Positions 1-9,500 of a stretch of DNA of 64,000 nucleotides are shown here, one piece after another; position 1 is the first letter of the stretch; each line of letters starts with the position of its first letter. The stretch is taken from the NCBI GenBank assembly GCA_017435965.1, contig JAFSEA010000046.1, positions 2,974 to 66,973 on the forward strand. Reading direction: 5' to 3'. The notes beneath the pieces are model-generated. The model worked only from the letters and a program-made list of their open reading frames with translations. It was not told the DNA's origin and searched no databases. The DNA is from Oscillospiraceae bacterium (GTDB taxonomy: Bacteria > Bacillota > Clostridia > Oscillospirales > JAAYXM01). The position numbers and the translations under genes were made by a program.

Positions 1-1
1 A

Positions 2-3000
2 ATACGGGAGGAGAATGCATATGTAAACGGTGCACTTATCGGGAATACATACAATGCAAGAATTTCCGCAAAAAAACTCGGCAACACCGTTTTAAGATTT
101 TCAGCAAAGAAAAACGGAGTTGAGTACACCCGTGATGTGACTGTTTCGGTAGTTGAATATCCGATACTCGACAAGGTAAATCTTACCCTTGCAAAAAGAG
201 CTGTTCCGGCAACAAGAAGGACTTCGGCAAGCTTTGAGCTTTTCCGTGTGGGAGACGGCAAGGAATATACAGAGGATTATACTATTCGCTATGAGAGTAC
301 CAATCCCAAGGTCGCAACGGTTGACGAAAAGACGGGTGAGATAGAAGCGTTGGAAGAGGGCGAAACGGTTATTCGTCTTACCGTTACCGACTACAAAGGA
401 AACGAGGTGTCGGCAGAGCAACCTCTTGCGGTAACGGAAAAACCGGTACTCAATTCTCTTTCCGTAAAAGGCAGTCAGATTCTTCTTCCGGGAGAAACTT
501 CAAAGCTTTCTGTCGAGGCTGTTATGACAGACGGTGTTGTCACATCGGCAGATGCATATGAAATAAGCTTTGAAAGCTCCGATGAAGAAATCATCACAAT
601 AACGGATGACGGCGAGATTACTGTGCAGAAAATCGGCTCTGCTGCAATAATCGTGACAGCGATAAATGAAAAGGGCGAGAAGAAGCTTACAGTATTTCCT
701 GTTGATGTTGTTGCGGAAACTTCGGATATAGTTGTCGATTTCGTGCAGACCGAAGAAGCAGACGGCAGAGGTGTTCCCTCTGTCACTCCGGGATATACAA
801 TACTTACCGAAGAAGGAAATGCAAACTATTTTAGAAAATTTTACTGTGAGGATTCCAAGAAACTCCAGGTTTTCCAAATAGGAACACCTTCAAACGGAAA
901 CAAGCCGTGGCCTGAAAACGGTGATACAAGCGGAACCTTTGCACTTTCGGTAAATGCAGACGGTGCAGGGTATTACAGTATGAGCGTCACCGGCGGCGTA
1001 TGGTATGCAGGAAGTGATTATTCCGTTTTTGTAAACTCTTCCTATGCAGGAGACGTGTCCTTCCATCAAAAGGACGAATCGAATACAAAACTCTTCTCGG
1101 GAGAGGAACAGAAGCTTAATACCGTATACCTCCAAAAGGGTGAAAACAAAATATATTTCCGCTTTAAGAAGAAGTATGAGGGTTCTGCTCCATATCTTGT
1201 TCTCAATAACATAACACTCAAGGCAGTAAAGGGCGATGTCGCCTTTAAAGAGCTTCTTATGAGCGAAATTCCAAAGCAGCTTGCTGTTGGTGAGATATTT
1301 GAGGATACTGTTTCTGTGGGACTTTCAGACGGAAGCGTTCTGTCGTTGGGACCCTCTGCAACCGGCGAAGAGCCCGATGAGAGAAACACAATTTCAGCAA
1401 AGCTTATCGGGGATGCCTGCATTGATATGACAGGCTTTGAATATGAGCTTTGCAAAGCAGACAAAAGAAGCTACAAGCTTGTTGCAAAAAAGCCCGGAGA
1501 GGCAAAGCTTGTTTTCAGTCTTACCATTGACGGAAAAACAGAGAGCTTTGAATATCCGATAACAGTTTTGGAAGATGAGCTTATCGGAGCAGATGCAAGA
1601 TGCGAGGCATCCGAGCTTTATGCAGGCGACTCATCAAAGCTTATTGCAAAAGCTATTTTTAAAAGCGGAAGAGAAAGCGAAAATTCTCAGTCTGCAGTCG
1701 CAGAATTTGAGTCTCTCACCCCTGAAATCGCAACTGTTGCAAACGGAATGCTTGTTACTCATTGTGAGGGCATTGCAAAGATAAAAGTGTCGCTCTCATT
1801 CCATAACGTTGTAACGGGTGAAGGTAAAACTGTCGAAGGTATTGCGGAAATTCCTGTTGAGGCACAGGGTATGTCGGGAATTGAGGCAACTGCCGGAGGC
1901 AGCAAAATTATCCGTCTTACGGAAAAGGGAAGAGAAGATACGGTGCCTCTTTATGCCGAGGCGATAAGCAATCTCGGAGAAAAGATGGATATGACGGGTG
2001 CTGTTGTTTCGGCAAAGGCACTTACCCCCGAATATGCGGAAATAAGCGGTCTTGATATTCTTCCCGTTTCGGAGGGAAATGCACAGTTTGAAGTAACTGT
2101 TACAACCAATGACGGACGCACCAGATCACAGATAATTACGCTTCGTGTTGCATATGGCAAGGACAAGGCGACTTATTATACTGCGGAAAAGGCTTTGGCG
2201 GCGCGCGAAAATGCAGAAAAATACAGTTGGGCAAGGAGCACTATCGAAAGCTATGTCAAGAGAGCCGATGGATATATAGAAAATCTTGATAAAATATACG
2301 ATCTCATCCCATCCGAGGGAATTCCCCGTACTATCACTCTTGGAGAAGCAGATGATCCGTCATCATATAACTGCAAATACTGCAATACCGACCTTATGGT
2401 TGAATACGGATCAATTCCATGGGTTCACAATCCGACAAACCGACCGTGGAAGATACAATGCCCCGATTGTAAGCGAGTATTCCCGACAAATGATTTTGAA
2501 AGCTTTTATAAATTAGGTCTCAATGAATACGGCGAATTTGACCGTATGCGTGCACTTAAAGCTCATAGGGAGCTGTTCGGAGATAAATCAGTAACAGAGC
2601 CCGGAAAAGAAAACAGCGCACAGTGGAAAAAATATTACGGCTACGGGGTGAAGGGCGGATACCTCACCAATGAGCTGTATTCCGATCTTTCCGTTTCAAA
2701 AACAATAAATTGCGGTCAGGGATTGCGAGACGGAGAAACAGAAGCGACCTGGGGTGTTGACGACAGCCTCGGTTATGTTCCGTCGATGAGTGACGGCACT
2801 CCGTATACCGTCAACAGCGGCACAACTATTGCTACCGAACGCCACGGATATATAGCCGAGTATGTTCACTTTGGTCTGTGGCGACGTGAAAGTGAAGGCT
2901 ATGCAGGAGCGCTTATTCGCAATGTGGTTATGGACTCTGCCTATGCGTATTTCTATACGGGAGATATAAAATACGGTCGGGTGGCGGCTGTTCTTCTCGA

Positions 3001-6000
3001 CCGCATAGCAGATTTTTACCCCTATTATGAGGTGAAACCGTGGATCGGAAGATTCCGTCTGAACGACGGCGGTTCAGGCTGCGGCGGTATTATGGGAAAT
3101 ATCGTAGAGTCTCAGGAAATGGTGAGATATATTTCAGCCTACGATATGGTTTACGATGTATATGACGATCCGTTTGTTGTAAACTTCATTGCAAACAAGG
3201 GAAAAACACTTAAATACCGTCATGCAAAGGAAACACCTTCGCAGATTCGCACAAATATAGAGGACGGCATTATAAGAACCGTTCTTCAGGGACTTCGTGA
3301 CCACTCAATCAACGGAAACTTCGGTCTCCCACAGAAAACCAATGCTGTTGCGGCAGTAGTTCTTGACAGTATGCCGGAGACCTCCGAGTGGCTTGATTAC
3401 CTTATGGCGGCAGGCTGGCACCGTGACCCTGCAAAGGAGGTTACGGGCGGAGGTATCAATGAAGTGCTTGTAAATACCATAGATGCAGACGGTCAGGGAA
3501 ATGAAGGCTCGCAGTATAACATTGCATGGCACACAAATCTTCTCTCTGTTCAGGAGGTGCTTGACGCCTATGAAAAAGCCGGAGAAGCAAACCTTTATAC
3601 ACATCCGAAATTTATACAGATGTTCTATTCAAACATTCCGCTTATAGCGACATACTACACTCCGGCAATAGGAGATTCCGGAACTACTCAGGGAAGCGGA
3701 CTGTGGGTACAGCAAAATGTTATGCAGGAGGGCTGGAAAAATATAGGTGATCCGATATTTGCACAGCTTTTATATAAGCTCAACGGAAACTCCGCAAAAG
3801 GGCTTAAGTACGGAATATCCGAAAGAAATCCCGAGCGTCTTGAAGACGAAGTTGAGGCAGTTATAAGAGAATACGGCGAATTTCGACCGAAATCGGAAAT
3901 GATGACAAACTTCGGATTCTCAATCATACGGGACGGTAATGAGTTTGTATCAACCTCGGAAGCAAATTCAAAGGATACACGCCGTGATTTGTGGATGTAT
4001 TTCGGAAACAACACAGGACACGCACATCTTGACACTCTCAATCTCGGAATGAGCGCATTCGGTCTTGAGCTTTTGCCGGACCTCGGATACCCCGAAATGG
4101 CAGACAGAAGTGCAAACCGTCTCCAATGGGTAACGGGAACAATCTCTCACAATACCGTTCAGGTTGATAACCGTGAGCAGTTCCACGGAATTGAAGAACG
4201 TGGAGATTCAAAGCATTTTGACGTGAGCGAAACGGTTTCTCTCATGGATGTTTCAACACCGTATATATACCCGTATTCTGTGGAGGAATATCGCAGAAGC
4301 GTTGTTATGATAAAGGTAAACGATGAGATTTCCTATGCAGTTGACTTCTTCCGTGTTCTCGGCGGCTATGAGCATGTTTACAGCTTCCACGCCGCAAGCA
4401 ACACAATGCCTTTCACAGAAGGTCTCGGAGAGCTTGTTCCGCAGATGAAAAACGGTGAGTATGCAGGAACTCTTGCAGGGATTGACGTGCCCTACGGCGC
4501 AGACCCGGGAACAATTTCGGGAACTCTTGAATATCCCAAGGGTTATACCTGGATTGATACCATTGATTATGCGGAAAATCCCGAAAACAAATTTGAAATT
4601 GACTTTAACATAAAGGATTTCAATAAAAATATCAAAGACTCATCCGGAATCCGTCTGCGCATGACGATGCACAATGAAGAGAATGTTGCAAAGGGTGCCG
4701 ATGTCGATGTAAAGATAGGAAATGGATATCCGCCAAATAAGAAAGAAAACAAAAATATCGACAAGCTCAAGTATGTCATTGTGAAAAATACGGGAAATGC
4801 ACTTGATACCGTGTTCACAACGGTGCTTGAACCTTACAGGAATGAACGTTATCTCACATCAAGTGAAGAGCTTAATATGACGGTTGTTTCCGGAATTGAG
4901 AAAGACGGTGCAGCACACCGTGCACTTAAAGTAACCCACGAAAGCGGCAGGGTGGATTATATTTTCTATGCAACGGACAATTCGGTAACATATAAAATCA
5001 CCGATGAAATTGCAGGAGAGCCCGAAGATATTACTTTCCGTGGATTTATCGGAGTTTACACGGTGAATTCCGAAGGTGTGAACATTTACAGCTATGTACA
5101 CGACGGTGATACAATCGGCAAAGAAACAGACTCTTTGTCTGCCGTGACAGGTGTGCTCAAAAGCGTTACAAAAGAGCTTTCGGTAAATAACGAGCTTGTG
5201 ATTATTCCGCAGGAAGAGCTTTCCGGAGAAATTCTTGCAGACCTTCCGGGACGTTACGTCTTTGTGGATAACGGAGCAGAGGTCAGAAGCGGAGCTTGGA
5301 GAATCGAAGATGCTTATATGCGCGGAGAGGATCTTGTTCTTGATGTAGGAAGAGTTACAGCCATTCGTCAGTATGTGGATATGTATGAGCCTGAAAAGGG
5401 ATATGTTTATACTGTCACACCCGGTCAGTCTGTCCGTATTCCGCTTTCCTACAGCGAAGACTTTGCACCGGTATTTGAGTCCGTAAGTGATTCACTTTCA
5501 GCTTCTGTCGGAAGCTTAGTCTCCTTTACCGTAAATGCTGTAAGCGAGCTTGGGGAAACGGTAATATATTCGGAGGAAACTCTTCCGAGAGGAGCAAGCC
5601 TTGATGTCACAACAGGCAAGATTACATGGACTCCGGGAAGCTCACAGGTTGGAAAGAACCACTTTGCAATAACTGCAAGTGATGAATCGGGAAGAAGTAC
5701 AACAATCCACTTCTACATAACGGTCTACGGTTCAACCTCCGGCGGCGGAAGCGGTGCAACCGCACCCACAACCCCCGATAAGGAAGACACAACCGGCAAG
5801 ACGGAGAAACCCGTAGGGGAGGACGCCCCTGTCCTCCCTCCTGAAGATGCGGAAACCGTCCGCTTCACGGACCTCGCCTCCCACGCCTGGGCGGCAGATG
5901 CAATAAACGCTCTTGCAGATAAAGGAATAGTAAAAGGCACAAGTGCAACAACCTATTCACCGGCAAATAATATAACAAGAGCAGACTTTGCAATACTCCT

Positions 6001-6439
6001 TGTGAGAGCGTTTGAAAAGGAATCGGACAACACCGAAAACTTCGCAGATGTAAGTGAGAGCGACTACTTCGCAGCTGAGCTTGCAATAGCAAGAAACACA
6101 GGACTCGTCGGCGGAATAGGTGATAATAAATTCGCACCGAGAGAAAATATCAAGAGATGCGATATGATGCTTATGGTCTATCGAGTTCTGAATACCATTG
6201 ATGCCTCCCTTGTGCAAAGGGAGGAGGACCGCCATACGGCGGTGGAGGGATTGCCTTCGTCGCAATACGCGGATTTTGAAGATGTTCCCGACTACGCAAA
6301 GGAAGCAGTCTCCGCCCTCATAGGTGCAGGACTTGTAAACGGCAAGAATAACCTCATCGCACCTCTTGATAACACAACTCGTGCAGAAGTCGCAGTACTT
6401 ATTAAAAGAGTATTAGACTATAAATCTTCACTTTCGTGA
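2..6439 (+). CDS. Giant SLH-anchored heparinase II/III-type surface protein, paralog A (5' end outside window)
   Basis: Frame 2 is open from nt 2, with no stop before the GTG at 137 used by the ORF track. The upstream residues (RFSAKKNGVEYTRDVTVSVVEYPILDKV) align with an internal part of paralog B (VKVDGEEYTEVVPVSGMEYPVLERV). Contains Big_2-like Ig repeats, a lyase-type core (HAHLDTLNLG, PDLGYP, SHNTVQVDNREQ), a He_PIG-like domain (TLPRGASLDVTTGKITWTP), a Gly/Pro linker and three SLH repeats (FTDLASHAWAADAINALADKGIVKG...). Confidence 0.85.
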   Translation: MREENAYVNGALIGNTYNARISAKKLGNTVLRFSAKKNGVEYTRDVTVSVVEYPILDKVNLTLAKRAVPATRRTSASFELFRVGDGKEYTEDYTIRYESTNPKVATVDEKTGEIEALEEGETVIRLTVTDYKGNEVSAEQPLAVTEKPVLNSLSVKGSQILLPGETSKLSVEAVMTDGVVTSADAYEISFESSDEEIITITDDGEITVQKIGSAAIIVTAINEKGEKKLTVFPVDVVAETSDIVVDFVQTEEADGRGVPSVTPGYTILTEEGNANYFRKFYCEDSKKLQVFQIGTPSNGNKPWPENGDTSGTFALSVNADGAGYYSMSVTGGVWYAGSDYSVFVNSSYAGDVSFHQKDESNTKLFSGEEQKLNTVYLQKGENKIYFRFKKKYEGSAPYLVLNNITLKAVKGDVAFKELLMSEIPKQLAVGEIFEDTVSVGLSDGSVLSLGPSATGEEPDERNTISAKLIGDACIDMTGFEYELCKADKRSYKLVAKKPGEAKLVFSLTIDGKTESFEYPITVLEDELIGADARCEASELYAGDSSKLIAKAIFKSGRESENSQSAVAEFESLTPEIATVANGMLVTHCEGIAKIKVSLSFHNVVTGEGKTVEGIAEIPVEAQGMSGIEATAGGSKIIRLTEKGREDTVPLYAEAISNLGEKMDMTGAVVSAKALTPEYAEISGLDILPVSEGNAQFEVTVTTNDGRTRSQIITLRVAYGKDKATYYTAEKALAARENAEKYSWARSTIESYVKRADGYIENLDKIYDLIPSEGIPRTITLGEADDPSSYNCKYCNTDLMVEYGSIPWVHNPTNRPWKIQCPDCKRVFPTNDFESFYKLGLNEYGEFDRMRALKAHRELFGDKSVTEPGKENSAQWKKYYGYGVKGGYLTNELYSDLSVSKTINCGQGLRDGETEATWGVDDSLGYVPSMSDGTPYTVNSGTTIATERHGYIAEYVHFGLWRRESEGYAGALIRNVVMDSAYAYFYTGDIKYGRVAAVLLDRIADFYPYYEVKPWIGRFRLNDGGSGCGGIMGNIVESQEMVRYISAYDMVYDVYDDPFVVNFIANKGKTLKYRHAKETPSQIRTNIEDGIIRTVLQGLRDHSINGNFGLPQKTNAVAAVVLDSMPETSEWLDYLMAAGWHRDPAKEVTGGGINEVLVNTIDADGQGNEGSQYNIAWHTNLLSVQEVLDAYEKAGEANLYTHPKFIQMFYSNIPLIATYYTPAIGDSGTTQGSGLWVQQNVMQEGWKNIGDPIFAQLLYKLNGNSAKGLKYGISERNPERLEDEVEAVIREYGEFRPKSEMMTNFGFSIIRDGNEFVSTSEANSKDTRRDLWMYFGNNTGHAHLDTLNLGMSAFGLELLPDLGYPEMADRSANRLQWVTGTISHNTVQVDNREQFHGIEERGDSKHFDVSETVSLMDVSTPYIYPYSVEEYRRSVVMIKVNDEISYAVDFFRVLGGYEHVYSFHAASNTMPFTEGLGELVPQMKNGEYAGTLAGIDVPYGADPGTISGTLEYPKGYTWIDTIDYAENPENKFEIDFNIKDFNKNIKDSSGIRLRMTMHNEENVAKGADVDVKIGNGYPPNKKENKNIDKLKYVIVKNTGNALDTVFTTVLEPYRNERYLTSSEELNMTVVSGIEKDGAAHRALKVTHESGRVDYIFYATDNSVTYKITDEIAGEPEDITFRGFIGVYTVNSEGVNIYSYVHDGDTIGKETDSLSAVTGVLKSVTKELSVNNELVIIPQEELSGEILADLPGRYVFVDNGAEVRSGAWRIEDAYMRGEDLVLDVGRVTAIRQYVDMYEPEKGYVYTVTPGQSVRIPLSYSEDFAPVFESVSDSLSASVGSLVSFTVNAVSELGETVIYSEETLPRGASLDVTTGKITWTPGSSQVGKNHFAITASDESGRSTTIHFYITVYGSTSGGGSGATAPTTPDKEDTTGKTEKPVGEDAPVLPPEDAETVRFTDLASHAWAADAINALADKGIVKGTSATTYSPANNITRADFAILLVRAFEKESDNTENFADVSESDYFAAELAIARNTGLVGGIGDNKFAPRENIKRCDMMLMVYRVLNTIDASLVQREEDRHTAVEGLPSSQYADFEDVPDYAKEAVSALIGAGLVNGKNNLIAPLDNTTRAEVAVLIKRVLDYKSSLS

Positions 6440-6447
6440 AAGAAAAG

Positions 6448-6483
6448 CAGAATGCCGGGAGAAATAAGTCTTTTGGCATTCTG
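6448..6483 (+). terminator. Stem-loop after paralog A (CAGAATGCC / GGCATTCTG), weak or partial terminator
   Basis: Perfect 9-bp inverted repeat with an 18-nt loop, 9 nt after the stop codon. There is no clear U-tract, so read-through into paralog B is likely. Confidence 0.35.
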
Positions 6484-6506
6484 AAAGCGAAGATAAGGAG
6501 AAATAT

Positions 6507-9500
6507 ATGAAGAAATTATTATCGCTTATATTAACAACAGCGATGCTTATATCGTTTTTACCTACCGTAGCTTTTGCGGAAGATACAAGAGAAGAAGTGA
6601 TTTATTCTTTCCTTGAAGCGGACTATACGGGACTTAAACCCGATGGTATAACATATGCAAACAGCAATAACACATTGCAGTGGGTAGGAACAACCAGCAC
6701 CAACAAGACAAAGTATGGTTGGGAGGCAGGTTATGCCTTCTTTAATATCCCCGTGGGAAAATATGCCGCATATAAAATGAATATCCCGGCAAAGGGTGAG
6801 TATGTTGCACGTCTTGATTATATCTGCCGTGCGGCAGGCTCCGTTGCGGATATGTATATCATACAGGGAACGCCCGATGATATTGATGCGGCAATCGCAT
6901 CGGCAACGCCGGTGTTTGAGAATATAAATTTCCACAGCACCACCGACAAAGAGAAGAAATATACAACGGTAATCTTCAATGCGGAAACGGCAGGAGAATA
7001 CCTTATGGTCTGGGTAGGCAAGGATAACAGCGTATCCTACGCCGTGAGACCTATGAGCCTTAAGCTCACTCCATACACAAAACCCGTGTATGCCGAAACC
7101 GTTCACACAATGACAGATACGGAAATTGTGGGAAGAGACATAACCTTCACCTCACACATTCTTATGTCTGACGGAGAGAGGTTTATCCCGTCGGCGGAAG
7201 GTGACGGAATAAAGGCATTTTCGGAAACCGAGGACACCGTGGAGATAGTCTCCGAAAGCATGACCGACGGAGTTTATACGGTTACCTTTAAAACTTTAAA
7301 AACAGGTGTTGCAAAAATAAAGCTTGTTTCAACCGTTGAGGGAACACCTTACGAATCGGTACATACTCTGAATGTGATTGAACAGCCTCCGCTTTCACCT
7401 GTTGATATTGAAATGACTCAGGACACAATGCGTTTTACGGATAAAACTGCACCGTCGGAAACTTGGGAAACAGACGGCTTTGAGCTTGTTCTTGAGGGAA
7501 ATAAAATGACAACCTCAATTGCAAGATACACTCCCCGTGTGATAAAAGACCCCCAGGGGAAAACAAAGTATTTCGTTCAGCTTGATACGGGCACAAAGAT
7601 ATGGCCCACAGCGGCAAATGCTATGTTCACAATCAGAAAGAGAATATTCACACCGGGCTATTACAACGTGAGTTACAAGGGCGTTATGCTTAAGAATACG
7701 GGTGACTATTCAATATATGTAAACGGCGAGTATGCAGGCGATTTTGTATCTAATGACCCCAACGCAACAGATGCGGCGGCAAATCTCTATACGAAAGAAA
7801 AGAGTCTTAACACTCTCTATCTGCCGGAAGGATATGTTGAAATATCTTTCCGTGCAAGAAAGATATATTCGGGAAGTGCATTTTTCGTTCCTCACACAGT
7901 ATCACTTGTTCCGATTGAGGTGCAGGAGGCTCCGGAAATAAGTAAAGTAGAGCTTGCAATTTCCGAGAAGATTGCGGAGGGTGAGAGCGAGGACATAACC
8001 GCCCGTGTCCTTATGTCTGACGGCACTTACCGCCATTTCGGACTTGATAACGAGGGAAAAGCCGATGATGACAACAAGGTCATTGAGGTTATCTCCGACA
8101 ACCCCGAGATAATTGATATTTCCGAGGTTTCCTTTATGAACATCGGAACATCTGATGAAATAAAGTTTAAGGCAGAAGCAAAAGGAGTCGGAAATACAAA
8201 TATAAGAATAAAAGTCAAAGTAGACGGAGAGGAATATACGGAGGTCGTCCCCGTCTCCGGTATGGAATATCCCGTCCTTGAGCGTGTTGATGTGGCACTT
8301 GAAAGAAAAAACATCCCGGCAACAAGAAAGACAGAAGCAAGCATCACTCTCACGAGAAGCGAGGACGGAAAGCCCTATACGGATGAATATTCTGTGAGAT
8401 ACGAAAGCTCCGATACAGATATCGCAACAGTTGACGAGGAAACAGGTGAAATTACGGGACAAAATCCCGGAAGGGCAACAATTTATGCCTATGTAACCGA
8501 TTGGGCAGGCAACACAGTTACAGGAAGTGCAGAAATTGTAATTGCGGCAAAGCCTGTTCTCAATGAGATAAAAGCATCCGTTGACACTCAGCTTGTCACG
8601 GGACAGAGCAAGAAGATAACGGTGACGGGACAGATGGACGACGGAATCCCTGCAGATATGGAGGATTACGTCTGCGCCTTTGAAAGCACGGATGACAGTG
8701 TTGTATCGGTTTCCGAAGACGGCACGGTCACGGCTGTGGGCGAGGGTGAAGCGGCAATCTCCGTGACTGCAAAGAATGAGCTTTCAAAGAATTGCTCCCA
8801 TGTAATAATAATTTCCGTAAGCGATGATAAATGGGCTTTTGAAGTTGATTTTTCAAAGACTCAGACGGATGAGTCCAACCGAGGAGTGCTTCACGGAACA
8901 CCGGGATATACGATAATTGAGCGTGAGGACACAACCAATTATTATCGAATCTTCACATTCCCCGATACAAAGCAGAATGTGCTCCAGATTTTCACTCAGG
9001 CAAAGGACAAGCGTATGTGGCCTGAAACCTCCGACCCTAAGGGAGCTACCTTTGCATTCAATGTAGATGTTTCAGATGAAGGATTCTACGGTCTTGAGCT
9101 TTTCGGAGGGCTTTGGGAAGGCTCACCCACGTACTCTCTCTTTGTTGATGAAAATTATGTCGGCGACCACAGCTTCCACGAGGTGGGCGCTGTTCAGAAA
9201 ACCGACAGCGGAAAACAGCTCAACACGGTATATCTCTCCGAGGGAACACATTCCATCCGCTTCCGCCTCAGGAAGAAGGATAAGGACCTTCCCTATATGT
9301 ATGTGAGAAAGCTTGTTTTCTCACCACGTGAGGATGCAGGCTTTGAAAAAATTGAGGTAGAGCTTCCAAACGAGCTTGCCATAGGCGAAAGCGTAAGCGG
9401 AACGGCAAGGGTCAAAATGCGTGACGGAAGTATCCGTCATTTCGGACCTGATTTTGAAGGAAACGCAACAGATGAAGAGAATAAATTCACCCTTGATGTT

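Noticed and set aside
5725-6265. Pro/Arg/Leu-rich antisense ORFs opposite the linker/SLH-coding regions (also 13745-14403 and 31466-31819)
   Set aside because: They are artefacts of the Gly/Pro/Ser-rich linker codons read on the opposite strand. They recur wherever the linker recurs.
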